64,000 bases of DNA. Source: the human T2T-CHM13v2.0 reference genome, Homo sapiens. The notes beneath the pieces were generated by a model. That model saw only the letters and a list, made by a program, of their open reading frames with translations, had not been told where the DNA came from and ran no database searches. The stretch lies in the NCBI RefSeq assembly GCF_009914755.1, contig NC_060929.1. One strand, given 5' to 3'. The position numbers and the translations under genes are program-made. Positions 32,852 through 47,830 of this stretch are shown one piece after another; within the stretch, counting starts at the first letter, position 1, and each line of letters opens with the position of its first letter.

Positions 32852-34109
32852 AAGAATCCATATTCAATTGATTTCAACTTTTTATAAGGACCTAAAATAA
32901 ATTGCTGGTGACTGAGAAAAGCAAGAATCAAGTGTCACAGGCCATGTATTTGAAAAAAGGCATTGGAATATTTTTCTATAATTTAATGATGACTGGATAA
33001 AAGTCATAACTACTCACATCTATCATAATTCAGTATGTTTTAAGTAGATGTAACAGCTTAAGAGATTCAACAGAAAGAAAAGGAAAGTTGATGTATCCCT
33101 GAACTTCCCTTAATTCCTGTGAGAAATATCTTACAAAACTGATATATAGTGGGTAGGTCTGATGTCTGGGGAGGTGGAATAGCAGCCATAAGTAGAAATA
33201 AGGCAGATGCCAGAGACAGACATTTTAACTGTAACTTGTACCCTTTCCTTCTCTTACATTTTCCCAGGAAGATCATTTCCAGCCCCAAGGGCACCACAAA
33301 ACAAAAACAAAATCAAAACAATCCAGGAGCCCTGGCTCGGAATCAATGTATCTGCAGTTAGAGAAAACAAGATAACCTAAGACATAACAAAAGTCAGGCT
33401 GGGATGGGAAACAGAAAACAAGAGGTGAGTGCAAATAATCAGGTCCCATCTCACCCCCACTTTTTTATTTCACTCTGTGAGGTAAATCATTACAACCTTA
33501 GAGAGTAAGCTTTACATAAATAGCATTGCTCTGAAAAGTCATACAGAGAGATTCCTTGAGGGATAGAATTGCCAGATTATGTGAAACCCAAGTTTTTTCA
33601 GCCCAGAATACCACACTAGGCTTTTCGGGGATATCTTTGCTTTTCCTCAATACACACACAGATGCCAACTCATTAGGAGGAAAAGAGGACAGGGGATTTC
33701 ATCTGCCAACCTATTTACTTAAAAATTAAGTAAATAGGTGAATCAAGTTACAGAGTGAATATAGTAGTTGCAAAAATCAGGCAGATATTGTCAAGGAAGC
33801 TTCACAGAATGAATAAAAAATGTAAGAATTTTATAAAGAAAACATGAAATATATACATATTAATAAGATAAACGACAATTCTATATAAGAGCCTCTAGAA
33901 AAAAGAGAAAAATGAATTGACGGTAGAATACATTTGAAAAAAACAACTGATGATAATAAGCTAAAACACCTCATTCGGTTTACAAATAAATCAATGTGCA
34001 AAAAATTATTGATATCCATTGTAGTTGAAATATGCCTATTAATCAATTTTGAGATATTTCCAAATGTTTATCATGGTCACCTTGAAAATTTTAGGTTTAT
34101 TAGGAACTG

Positions 34110-34509
34110 ATGTTTAATTTCATGTACTCTGACTCCTATCTCAATCTTCTGCCAAGTGTCTCCCTGCTTTCGTACCTCAGGGTTCTTCTTGAAGCTCAGT
34201 CAAGAAGTAATGAAGTAGAGATTAATTCACTGAGAGTCAACCCTCATCCAATGGGAAGATGATTGTCTGTAAAGAAATGCTCAGCCTTTCCTCTGAAGGG
34301 TGCACAATTTTTCAAGGCAGTTCTCTGCTGATCAAAACCCCCTTGTTAGCAGTGAGTTCAATAATGTACAATTTATAGGCCTTTCCTCCCTCCTTGCCTC
34401 AATATCCCTGGCATCTCACCAGTACTTCCTGGGGTCACTTCCCAGAAAGATTGTTGCCCCAATGCTTTTGATTCTGCATCTGGTTTCTGGTGGATACCAA
34501 ATCAAGACC
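34110..34509 (+). mobile_element. LTR16-like solo ERVL LTR
   Basis: 3' end cttcctggggtcacttcccagaaaga..tctggtttctggtggataccaaatcaagac matches the recalled LTR16 terminus; internal caaccctcatccaatggg. Confidence 0.75.
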
Positions 34510-34814
34510 CATCTCTTCTTAAGATCTCAATCACAGCACACGCACTACTACCTTTTACATTTTTTTTTTGAATTTTCTACTCCTTAATTTTTGTCTTTTG
34601 TCTGATTTTCACCAGAAAAAAAAACTTTATAGTTATTTTCAAGAAATTCTGATTATCATTTAGTCTTCTCAAAATGTATGCACTTGTTTTTTGTCCTGTA
34701 TTTCCTAACTCAATTAGTGACATTATCACTTACCCAGACAAAGCAATCCAGCTTGGAGCTAACTACTCCTTGCTTTTCATCACTACCCTTCACACATGAC
34801 GTCCTATCATTTCT

Positions 34815-35120
34815 CTTTTTTTTTTTTTTTTTTTTTTGAGACGGAGTCTCACTCTGTCCCTCACGCTGGAGTGTGGTGGCGCCATCTCGGCTCGCTGCAA
34901 GCTCCGCCTCCCGGGTTCACGCCATTCAGGAGGCCTCAGCCTCCTGAGAAGCTGGGACTACAGGCACCCACCACCACGCCTGGCTAATCTTTTTGTATTT
35001 TTAGTAGAGACAGGGTTTCACCGTGCTAGCCAGGATAGTCTCCATCTTCTGACCTCGTGATCTGCCTGCCTCGGCCTCCCAAAGTGCTGGGATTACAGGC
35101 GTGAGCCACCGTGCCTGGCC
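34815..35120 (-). mobile_element. AluY
   Basis: gcaagctccgcctcccgggttcacgccattc, gctagccaggat, gacctcgtgatc; poly-T; TSD core atcatttct at 34806-34814 and 35123-35131. Confidence 0.96.
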
Positions 35121-35379
35121 CCATCATTTCTTTATTATAAACATCTCCTAAATCTTGCCCTTTCCCTTCACCTACACTGTCATTTCTGTAGAATTTTCCA
35201 CTTGTCATGGAGCTGATTCCTGCCTATATATGTTTGTTTGTTTGTTTAATGTGGCCACACTGTGTCCTTAAAAAGACCAGAATTGGAATTAGTTTTAATG
35301 TAGTACTGTATTTTTATTTTCAGTTTTGATTTTTTAAAATAACATGCTCCTCGTATAGGAACTGAGTCATTGGTACACA

Positions 35380-35720
35380 GGCCTGCCATGTTCTTTTGTG
35401 TCTTAATGTGGTTACTGTGTTCATACTACCAGATGTGCTCTTTCTCATTCCTCTAGTTTATGAAATCCCAATTTTCTAGGGCCCAACTTTTACATTATGC
35501 CCTTGGTGACCCATTCTATTCAATATTTGCTTTGGCCTTTGCCCTTCTGTGTTAACTTCTAGATAATTTTCAATAACATGTATCAAACCATATTATTAGT
35601 TTTTATCTGCCAATAGAAGATAAATTCCTGTCTTAATTGTGTTTGCATTTCCAACACTCATTACCGTGCCTCACATGTAATAGGTACTTAATAAAGTTTA
35701 TAATATAGAAGAATGAGTAT
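35380..35720 (+). mobile_element. L2 3' fragment
   Basis: Ends with the L2 tail-like gtgcctcacatgtaataggtacttaataaa..gaatgagt. Confidence 0.6.
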
Positions 35721-38042
35721 ACATCACAAGGTAGTTATATTTTTCCTATACTTGACTTTTTAAAAGATCAAAACAAAATATATCGTCCCAATATAGCAAT
35801 TTATTATATACAAGGTGCCAACCAATATTTTTATTGTTCAATCAGTAATTATAATTTCAAGTTATTACACTATAGGTCATTTTGCGAAGAGTAACAGCCA
35901 TTGTTAACATAAATTATAAGAAAGCACTTTAAATCCCGTATGAAATCTCTTTAAAATCAACAAGTATCTTTTTTCCTATAAATTCTGGGGAGTTTGTTTA
36001 TTGGTGGAGATATTTCCAATTAAGGGTTGGGGGAGCTGACAATCAGAAGAGAAGAGAAGACATGGTTGATGGGTACTCTGAGGGAGCACCATGAGTCCAT
36101 ACCTTTTGCAGAATAGAGAAAACCACAAATATGCCAGATCCAGTTCAAGCCAATTCCTGATAATACATTCAGCTCCTCTTAGGATGCCTCTGTATCTCAG
36201 AGGAAGTAGGAGATTGTGGTAAAAATGAAATAAAAATCCTGTGATCACAAGGGTAGGTTTCTTTTGATAGTCTTCTCCTTCTCTAAAATATTGACGCTTA
36301 TAAGGAGGTAACTGTTTTCTAAAGATTTCACTCTCTCGTCCCACCTTTGCTCCATCCTGGAACAGTAAGTTCTTGACACTTTGCAGGTCAAAGTCATTGA
36401 GCGGGCTTGGAGAAATGATCAAGAGGGCCTTACCTAAAGGGCACAATATGTTAGGCTATCTAGGTATCATCCAGAATTTAGATATTTTCCTAAAACATAC
36501 CTTTAGCTCTATAATCCCTATCTTAATGATATGTTTACAAATGGAGCCATGCAATTTAGCTCTGATATAGATTCTGTGACAAATTTTCTCTTTAAATACT
36601 AGAAATGGAAGAAATAAGATTTGTTTCTAGATTATGTGATAAATTCTGTTTCTAATTGCTAGAAATAGAAGGAATAACGACATAAAATACCTAATTGGCT
36701 CATAATGAGTTGAAGGATACAAAGAAGGTCATCTTTAGAGAATCAAGACAAAGTATTTGCTGTAAAAATAAATAGCAGCGGTTCCAATAACTGGACTTGT
36801 ATTACAAGATGTAATATTGGTCTCTAAGAAATTATTTCAATGAATAATTATTAAGGGGAAAAACAGTAGAACAACACGAGTGGACCTGCAGCAATGTTTT
36901 TTGTTGTCTTGCTGTTTCCCTCACTAAAAATAATTCTATTAAATTATTTCTCTTCTGGTAGGTAGTAGTTATCACCCTGTGTCCCAAGTGCCACGACTGC
37001 CAGCCCACTCCACCAGTCCCTGAGGCTCATATGTGCTGTCCCTTATCCTCATTTTTTCCCAGGGCAGAGTAGGTCCAGATCTCTATAGTCATCAAAGGTC
37101 TCCCTGGTAGTGGGTCTAGAACTTCAGAGGACAAATGTACAATCATTCCTCTGAGACTATGGCCACCCCTACCATGTATTTCCCAAACTTGCCTACCTGT
37201 GGTCATGTGTGGGAATTGCTGACTGTGCTGTGTACACCTCCATATTTTCACTATTTCTGCTGAAAACACAGCTGGCTGTTAATGCTCTTTCTTGATGCCT
37301 ATGCCCTATTGTCTTTATGAACTTCTGACCACTGTTTATAAACACCAAACTAAAATATCTATTCTCCTCTGTGGGTTATTTTTTTCCTCTAAGATTAACA
37401 GTTTGAGAGATTATTTTTGTTGTTTCCATTCATAATCATGCATATTTTATAAACTGTTTCATGTAACCTCAGATGACTCTAGAGAGATCTATGGAGCACT
37501 AATCATTTTAGAATATATAGATTCTTAGAAGAGTTGAAGAAGGGGTAGCAAGTTCCTTAGTGCAAAATGACTTGAAGAAAAAGTAAAGGTGAAAAAAAAA
37601 CACCTTTAACAATTGCCAATATAGGAGCAAGATTTAAGAGTAAGCACAAAGCCAAAAATAAATAAATAAATAAAAATAAATAGCATAGTAGCAGACCAGA
37701 AAATGAAATAAAGTAATAAGAATTTATAAAGAATTATGGTCTTCAATTTTGTTCTCAACATAGAAGGAGAAGCAGAAATGAAATAAAATTTGCCAACAAA
37801 GTGCGTAAATCTAGTTCTTCTTATTGATTTGACTCTAATATTATAAATTACATTAAAATGGTAGACAGAATTTGGTAAGTGGGTTATTCATCTATGACAT
37901 TACTTAAAGAAGAAAAAAACATTGCCTAAGAGAAAATTTTTAAAAAATCCTTAATGATAAGAAAGATAAACACCTCTTAGAAAAACAAAACACAACTCAA
38001 TTATACATATGTATAATCTTAGCTGATGTGCTGATATGCTGG

Positions 38043-38150
38043 TATGTGTGTATATATATTCATATATATTCTTATATGTAGTCATATATATATACATATA
38101 TATATATATACACATATATATTGAGAGAGAGAGAGAGAGGGAGGGAGAGA
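38043..38150. repeat. (TA)n followed by (GA)n
   Basis: Read directly. Confidence 0.95.
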
Positions 38151-39497
38151 TTATCTTTTACCACAGCATGCATTATCAATTGATATTGATTGTAAATTGT
38201 GAAGAATAGGAATAATTTATATGGCTACCATAGTTCCAGGAATTGTGCCTAATGTTATTCTCTTAAATGAAATCACAGATATTTTAAAGATATTTTTCTT
38301 AAAGTAATTGTCTTTCCAGTAGAATAAGATAAATCAGTTATTGACTTCACTTCTGGCATTCATCAGCTATTCTTACGGGCTAACACTTTGCTTTTTTACA
38401 TTGCATAGCATATCCACGTATGTATCTTTATATTATGTTGTACATAATTTTGCTGTGGATGGAAAAAGGGTGAATCAAAAATCCCTGGGCCTTTTTCTTC
38501 CATTGAAAATGGGTCATATAGCCTTCCTTTTAATTTTCTAATCAACTGTCATAAAATGCTTTGTGAAATTCTTCCTAATGTATGCCATAATACATAACTT
38601 GGCATACAATATATCCAAGAGTCACAATGGTTATGGTTTTCTATAATTCCATCAGAAAACAACAACAAAAGATGAGCATTAAAAAATTGGCTCTTAATTA
38701 TTTTCATACTCATTTTGGTGAAAATTTGTTCAACCTTTTCTTTTAGATAAAAGATAGTAACTGTTATTACTTAAGTTCATTAAGATAAAATGTCCTTGGG
38801 TATCAACTGGATTTAATCGTACCCAATAAATTTGGATTCTAGTAATTTATACATTTTTCTAAAATATATCTTCCATGCCATAATTCCTTAAAGTACTATA
38901 ATATAAAACTGTAAGATCTTCAGGAAGACTTTTTTAATCTGCTCTAACATTTTGAGTAGAAAATTCATTAGTAACCGAATGTATTATCACATTATATTAT
39001 TTTAAAATACTAATAATTTATATAGGTATTTTTTGTCCAGGCGTAATCAGTGAAGAAATCACTCTTTTTCATAAAAAATGTTCTTAGTTGACACTGTTAC
39101 CTGTTAGGATGCGCATAATAACATTTAGATTAGTTTTAGATTAGTATAATATTTTGAAAAAAAGAGAATAATTCTAGATAATTTCCTCAGCTATATTGGT
39201 AGGTATAGAACTATGATTACTTTTTAAAAATGTTTAGGATGTGGAATTTATGGAGGTGGAAGGTCTTGCAATAATAGGCCCTTAGATTATCTGATGGTTT
39301 TCATGCCCTTCCACTCCCTTATATTCTTTCCTATGTCAACAGATTTTTCTTCAGAAAAGACTTCACCCTGTCATTCCCATACTCATAAACTTTTTACATC
39401 ACAACAACATTTCATCTCATGGTCATTTTTTTCTTGTGGAATTATCTCCACCAGCCTACCGCCATCATTGGCGACATTGTTGTTTTCAATATCGTAA

Positions 39498-39827
<330 letters not shown>

Positions 39828-41294
39828 TTATGATCCAAAAATAAAACTTTCACTTTGTAACTTTCCTCGAAATCTTTCTAGCCCTATCAATGCAAAACAA
39901 AGGCACATCTCTTTTTATGTTTCTATAGTACTTTATATAAACTGTACATATATTAATTAATTGTTATTAATTATTTATTGTTTAGGTGTTTCATTTTATG
40001 GCAAAACAATAAATGCAATGGCTATATTTGATTATCTTTTTTGTTAACATTTAGCATATTGCTTCTACAAAGTAAGTGCTTACTGAATGTTGCATTAGAG
40101 AATTGAATGAAATACAACATTCACAGGATTAACTACTTAATCACTATAACTTGCAATACAAATACAAATCTACTTCTCTCTCCCCTTCTTGCCCACAACA
40201 AAATTAATGTGGCTTTGAACTGTGAATCATATTTTCTTTTTCAATACCAGGTAACATTTCAAATTATTTAATCAATTTTAGATATTTATTATAAAGTTTA
40301 TTAGATAGAATTTAAATTTTTGTTAAGGAAATTGTTATAGACTATTCCCTATGCATAAAACAACTTTATCTATACTGCTTATAAAACTTAACAAATATAT
40401 AAGATATTTGTAATTCTATAGAATTTAAATAGAGACATATGCTTTGAAGATGATTTAAATATTCACGAAGAAGACATAATTTTACATTATCTCTCAGTGA
40501 GGAGAACCTCATATTGAAGAAAGATTTAGAATCAGAGAGCTCCAAGTACTATACTCTGTTTGAGTTTCTGTCTCACTCTAGAAACACAAATTTGATTAAT
40601 GTATTTTATTCAAAAGTCAAGCTGTTATCTGAGTGGTTGTTTTTCATTAGTTTAATGCTTTGAGCATAATATAATTAGAAGTATCTGTACTTCTCTGGTA
40701 ATCTCTTTTATTAAATGGGTCTTAGATTCAAGGAAATTAATTGTTGTCAAAATAGGGTGCTGTTGAGCATAAACCCTATGAATAATACACTCAATAATAT
40801 TTATTCCATAAAATATCTAAAATATCGATGTGGTTGTCATTGGAAAATGTGTTAGTAGAGTATAAATATGAAAATTTTCAAGATACACAGCTTGAAAATG
40901 TGCATAAATTAAATTAGAAAAGATAACACTATGCTTATTTCAAACAAAAAATATGATTCAAAGAGAAAAGTCTTCTTGTTAAGTGTTTCTATAGAGGCAA
41001 GTAAAGAAAATTAGAAAAGATTTTAAAAGGTCAAATGTGTTTTATAAAGTCTAAAAATACATTTACAAATATAACGTGAGTAAATGTTCTATGTATTCAT
41101 GATCGATAAGGTGGTAGACTGTAAAACTGATTTATTTTATTCACATGTACAAATGTAATAATACACACATTTAGTCAACACAATATATGTAGATTGAATA
41201 GAAAAATTTGACTGTATTACTTAGGTTACATATGAGTTAAGACATTTCTTTTGTAAATTTAAGTAACAAAATAAAGATGTTTGTTTAAGACCAA

Positions 41295-41318
41295 CACATA
41301 CACACACACACACACACA
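41295..41318. repeat. (CA)n microsatellite
   Basis: Read directly. Confidence 0.95.
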
Positions 41319-41895
41319 TCCCATACACATTTTAAAAACAAATATTTAGGTAGTTGGAATAGAAAAAACCTTTTGTTTTCTTTCTAAATTTACTTATAAT
41401 TAACTCAATTTTCTATGTTACTTTGCAAATATAGAGTCTGATTCATACTCTCTGTTTTTTGGGGAAATTAAATGATTAAAAATGCTGTTTGAGAAGGCCT
41501 AAATAATATTACAGCTAAGCAAACATCTTTTTATTTCTCAACTCTCAGCTTTCAGGATCACCTTCCCAGGAGAACTGATACAGTCTAATCTCCATGAGAA
41601 GAAAACAGATCTTAAACTCTCAATTAATGCATCACTGCTTTTCTCCTCAATTATCTTAGAGTGCAATTAAACACACGTTTATATACCAATTATTAGAAGT
41701 CACTTTTATCAAGTATTACTTTTATATAAAAAAGCCTAAAATAATAAAATGATAACATAAAGTGAAGTTATATAATTAGGAGTTATTTGGAGTACTGTCT
41801 TGAATCATCTTCCGCTAACTTTAAAGTTAACAAACTTCTTCTGAAAGGGAAGAAACAAAACAAAAAATTGATTCCTGTTAAAGCAAACGGTCTAT

Positions 41896-42815
41896 GTGTT
41901 TTTTGGCTGCATAAATGTCTTCTTTTGAGAAGTGTCTGTTCATGTCCTTCGCCCACTTTTTGATGGGGTTGTTTGTTTTTTTCTTGTAAATTTGTTTGAG
42001 TTCATTGTAGATTCAATGCCCACCATCACTGGCCATCAGAGAAATGCAAATCAAAACCGCAATGAGATACCATCTCCCACCAGTTAGAATGGCAATCATT
42101 AAAAAGTCAGGAAACAACAGGTGCTGGAGAGGATGTGGAGAAATAGGAACACTTTTACACTGTTGGTGGGACTGTAAACTAGTTCAACCGTGGTGGAAGT
42201 CAGTGTGGCGATTCCTCAGGGATCTAGAACTAGAAATACCATTTGACCCAGCCATCCCATCACTGGGTATATACCCAAAGGACAATAAATCATGCTGCTA
42301 TGAAGACACATGCACACGTATGTTTATTGTGGCACTATTCACAATAGCAAAGACTTGAAACCAACCCAAATGTCCAACAATGATAGACTGGATTAAGAAA
42401 ATGTGGCACATATACACCATGGAATACCATGCAGCCATAAAAAATGATGAGTGCATGTCCTTTGTAGGGACATGGATGAAATTGGAAATCATCATTCTCA
42501 GTAAACTATCGCAAGGACAAAAAACCAAACACCGCCTGTTCTCACTCATAGGTGGGAATTGAACAATGAGAACACATGGACACAGGAAGGGGAACATCAC
42601 ACTCTGGGGACTGTTGTGGGGTGGGGGGAGTGGGGAGGGATAGCATTAGGAGATATACCTAATGTAAATGACGAGTTAATGGGTGCAGCACACCAGCATG
42701 GCACATGTATACATATGTAACTAACCTGCACATTGTGCACATGTACCCTAAAACTTAAAGTATAATAATAATAAAAAAATTAAAAAATATAAATATAAAT
42801 ATAATTTTTTTAAAA
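41896..42815 (+). mobile_element. L1PA3/4-like 3' end with 5' inversion
   Basis: 41896-42014 is antisense L1; 42015-42780 is the sense ORF2 C-terminus (ORF 42044-42358) plus 3'UTR and A-rich tail; degenerate TSD at 41880-41895 and 42816-42831. Confidence 0.96.
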
Positions 42816-44796
42816 AATGCAAGCAGTCTATAGTAAAGCTGACACTCTTAGTAAAGCAATAAATTAGATCTACGTCAACATGTTCTTCCTGAAGTCAGGT
42901 ATAACATTGATGAATTTTGGCATATTTATTGATGTCTTCAAGGGATAGAATCTTTGACTTACATGAAAGCTGTTCTCAACTTTAACAATTAAATTCATTC
43001 ACATTTTTAATATAGCAATTTTTTTCCAGATAATGATAACTATTTACAAGGACCTGCTACACTACATAAAAGATGGAGTTTTCAAAGGCATGGTTCACTC
43101 TCACCATTGTTAATCAATTCAAATGGAAAAAATCCTTTTATTTGTTACAAGTGAATTAAAGAATAACATATTTACTGAAGCTGATAGTTATTTATCAAGG
43201 GGAACTGCATTTGCCTGGTAACTGAGATAACGTGTAGTAATTAAAAGATAAATTGGTATTTATATTGAATTATAAAGAAATCTATACCTCATTTAGTATT
43301 TCATTACAACTTGCTAAAAGCAACCTAACTGCTCCATGTATTTTCAGATTTACATAAAATTATATAATAAATAACATTTTAACATTTATTCGCTTTTAAA
43401 TTTTGATGATTTTATTTTCAAACTAAATAATTATTCTATACAAATCTGGCTTTGTTTCTAGTAAAAATAATTTACAGATTCAATTTTCCAATATACTAGA
43501 AAATGGTATATTGGAAAATATGGTAGTATTAACTGTAAATTCTGGTAGTATCAACTGCAAATTCCACATACTTTATCATATTTAAGTAGATGGGACTTTC
43601 TGTCTGACAAAATGCATAGTTTTGCCTTGGAGTTCTGTCATCCTTGAAGGAATAGTCAACGTGAAATCTTTGGTTACTCAAGGGATAAACAATAAGGCCA
43701 TTTTTATAATATAATATCTTATTTAGAAGTCACCATGTTAAAGAGTTTTTTCTGCTTTCCAGTGAATTGGCTCACTATGACAAAGGAAATACCAGCCTAA
43801 ATCGCAGAGAGTAGAATAAGAATACAGAATGGGAATAAAGAAACTGTAAAGAGGCAAGAGAAACAAAATTTAAAAGCAAGAAAAGTTGTGTTTCATGTTT
43901 AATAATGCAAATGAATGTTATCTAGCTTGTGGCAAGTGTGACATATGTTACTTGATGATTGCATAGTTAGAATGTTGTACCTATTTATGTTTGTGATTCA
44001 TTTTATACTTCAGTGTTGATACTCTGAGGATTATTTTCAGGAACAAAGCTTTATACTATGAACATTCCCTGTCATGTTCTGAAAATTTGCAAACATTGCT
44101 ATTTTGAAATAATAATATCAGTAATGAACAATTAGGAAAAAAAGTGTCAAAAATCTCTTTGATAAGACAATGTGATTAATATCTCCTTTATTTTCCTTGT
44201 GTCAGGATTTTCAAGTCCTTTGCTAAATTTTCTATAGTAGCATGGCACCCTTAGCTATATGTATTTTTTGTATGTGTGACCGTTGGATTTAATATAATTG
44301 GCAAACTGGATTCTAGGCTACTTCCCTATTACTTACATTTTTCTGAGGAAACGTTGTTAATTGGTTACATTTAGTTGGAATAGTTGGAAAGCAAAGTGAA
44401 GTTTCTAATTCAGTAAATGAGTTGTAAACCAAATCATGTGATATCTTGAATGCTGTCTTAACTTACTTAGAATAACCCAGCTCTGATATGTCTGAATGAT
44501 AGTAAAATAGTACGTAAGAGATAAGGATTGATGGGAGATAACAATATAAAAGATAGAAGAAGATCATAAACGAGATTCACATACAGACATAAAGAGAGGA
44601 TAAATGAGAGCTGGAAAATTATTATTACCAAACTGGCTTTGTGAATAAATTCTGAAAAACCACATGACTTTGTATTCATCATTTATTTTAAAACAGATAT
44701 TTATTGAAAAAATGGCAGACATTAAACATAAATGAAAAATTAGGCATTTTTAATATTTTTTTCTTTTTCTTTAAAGATTAATTCCTCCTGGAATAA

Positions 44797-45030
44797 CATT
44801 AACTCAAAACATGAAACTTACTATGTGCCAGGAATTGTTCTAAGTAATTTGGATATAAAATTATTTTAATCCTGGCAGCAAAAGATAGATTGATGATAGG
44901 AACATTGAGACTGAGAGACAAAGCAGTTTTGTCAAACTGAGAATTTAGCCAAAAAAGTTACAGCTAGAATTCAAACTCAGTTTTATCTGATTTCAAACAT
45001 CAAGCTTTTCTCACCACTCTACGCTGTCTC
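44797..45030 (-). mobile_element. MIR
   Basis: cttactatgtgccagg..ctaag, agctagaattcaaactcag..tctgatttcaaa. Confidence 0.8.
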
Positions 45031-45989
45031 CTCAAAATCAGACTTTGTAATGCCAGAATGTTCTAATTAAAATCAGACATGTATGATAATTACAAGAAAA
45101 TTCACAGCAGTAATCCAGAAATTGAGTGCCCCCATTTATTTCAAAAAGTAAAATGACATTCTGAAATTCAAATTAATTTTAATTGACAGTGATGATGCTC
45201 TAAATGTCATATAACTTTTCAGAGATGAAAAGAAAAGAAGAAAGGGATATACAAAACAAAAGATAAGATTTTACTACTTTCATATAGTAACAACCATTTT
45301 CTTTTCAGAACCAAATATGATTATATGATTTTAAATTCAGACATTAGATACGTTTACATATGGAAATATATTAGAAAACATAAAATATCTTATAACTATT
45401 TTGTCTGCCAGTGTGAACTTGCTCCAGACCTATTAATATTGTCATAACCAATTTGGCTGTACTTCGGGAAAGTAAAGACAAAATAAAAAGTATTTCATCA
45501 TATAATTACATTATTAAAATAACAAATACTATTAGAATAAAGAAAATTTATTGTAATTTTAACTAATTTATTTTTGTAGATTTTCCCCTTTCTCTAACGT
45601 CAATTAGATGAGCAACATCCCCTTTCCTTTTATTACTGTTTTATTTTTTATTTTGTTTTGTAAAACAATTCCTTCTTTATTTCATTTTGTAAAGAAATTC
45701 TTTTTTGCTTTGGGGGCAGTTTCTGATTCAAGTCCCAAAGTACAAGTTACTGAGTCGACATTAGCATTTCCTTTTTAGTAAATGTCCTTACTTCTTCAGG
45801 AGATTTTATTAGATGAGTCAGAGATTGATAAATTAGTTGAAAGTGCTTTGAAGGTCAGCAAGGTCCTTAGGAGGAATTTCTTGATGCTGATGATGAGGAG
45901 GCAACGTTCTACTGCTGAAAGTGGGAAGGACTCATATGACTTTCTAGCTGGACCCCACTAAGCTTTAAAAGCTGGTGGGGCAGGGTGAT

Positions 45990-46424
45990 TGCTATGGTTT
46001 GGATGTTTGTCCTCTGCAAACTTCATTTTGAAATATGATCTCTAATGTGGCAACACTGGCAGATAGGGTATGGTGGGAGGTATTTGGGTCATGGGGACAG
46101 ATCCCTCATGAATAGATTAATGGCCTCCCTAAGGGGTGAGTGACTTCTTATTCTTTTATTTCCTGCAAGAGCTGATTGTTGGGGAAAAAAAAAAAAAAAA
46201 GGTTGGCACCTCCCCCTCCCACCTCTAGTTTTCTTGCCATATGATATCTTTGCAGAGGACAGCTCCCCTTCTGCTTTCTGTTTTGAGTTGTTGCACCCTG
46301 AAGCCCTCAACAGATGCAGATGCCCAACCTTGAACTTCCCAGCCACCAGAAGCTAAACCTCTTTCCTTTATAAACGACCTAGTCTCAATTATTCTATTAT
46401 AATGACACTAAAGGAACTAAGACA
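45990..46424 (+). mobile_element. MST (MSTB-like) MaLR solo LTR
   Basis: tgctatggtttggatgtttgtcc..gaactaagaca, TG..CA ends; 5-bp TSD gtgat/atgat. Confidence 0.93.
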
Positions 46425-46689
46425 ATGATGCATGTCAAAGGCCAAACTGACACTTTATAAGTGATCTTAGGAAAGTTGCTTAACTTCTAATATGTATTTT
46501 CCTAATGCATAAATACAAATAAAAATTAATATCATTTTTGAAATGATAATATAACAACTAAGAAATATCTTTACTATATGACATACTAAATAAGCATTAG
46601 CTTACCCTCCAATATACCAACCCAATAAAACAGCTTTAAGAAAAATTCTAGTACCAAGCAGAAATCTTTGATGTTTCCTACTTTCAACT

Positions 46690-46975
46690 CTCACTCAATT
46701 CCATCTCTAAAATACAAGTAACTAACTGATTATCTGCCTTCCTCTGTCTCTTTCCTCCACTCAAGTCTCTAAACACAGTGATATTCTTAAATGTAAATTA
46801 AATTTTGACAGTACCCTGTAAGAGTTCTTCAATGACTTCTGCTTGTACTTGATATTTTAACATGGCCTGCAAGACACTACTGATCTAGCTCTGTTATGTT
46901 CTATAGCCTCACCTCATTCCTCTTCCTTCCACCTATTGTTCTCCAGTATCACTGGTCTTTACACTTTTCAAATAT
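46690..46975 (+). mobile_element. L2 fragment
   Basis: ttcttaaatgtaaatt, cttcaatgacttc, aacatggcctgcaagacac..tgatctagctc are L2-like motifs. Confidence 0.65.
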
Positions 46976-47225
46976 ACAGTTTTTGTGACCTATGAGCTTA
47001 CTTTATATGATATGCATTATTTTATATTTGTTAAGGTATATTTTGTTCAACAGAATGTGATCTATCTTGATGAATGTTTGATGTGAGCTTGACAACAATG
47101 TGTATTTTGCTGTCGTTGGATGAAGTGTTTTGTTTAATTCTACTGAATATCCAGTTGATTGGTGATTTTGTTCAATTCAACTATTTATTTACTGATTTTT
47201 CCGCCTGTGGTAGCTGTCAATTATT

Positions 47226-47263
47226 ATTATTATTATTTTTTGAGACGGAGTCTCGCTCGGTCA
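47226..47263 (-). mobile_element. Extremely 5'-truncated Alu (23 bp plus tail)
   Basis: tgagacggagtctcgctcggtca preceded by (TAT)n/T; perfect 12-bp TSD ctgtcaattatt at 47214-47225 and 47264-47275. Confidence 0.92.
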
Positions 47264-47488
47264 CTGTCAATTATTGATGGGGGATTTTGGGGTCTCCAAC
47301 TTTACTGGTGCATTTGTTCATTTCTTCTTGCATTTTAATATATTTTTGCCAAAATATTTTGACACTATCATTAGGCACATACTCATTAAAGATTATTTTG
47401 TCTTCTTATGGAATTGACTTCATTATCATTATGTAACGACCCACTTTATTGTTGATAATTTTCATGCTCTGAAGTCTATTTTATCTAA

Positions 47489-47830
<342 letters not shown>

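Noticed and set aside
35976-36446. 156-aa minus-strand ORF in non-repeat sequence
   Set aside because: Starts at a non-ATG codon, has no recognisable domain or convincing splice context; an ORF this long can arise by chance in 64 kb. A blastp or PhyloCSF check would settle it.
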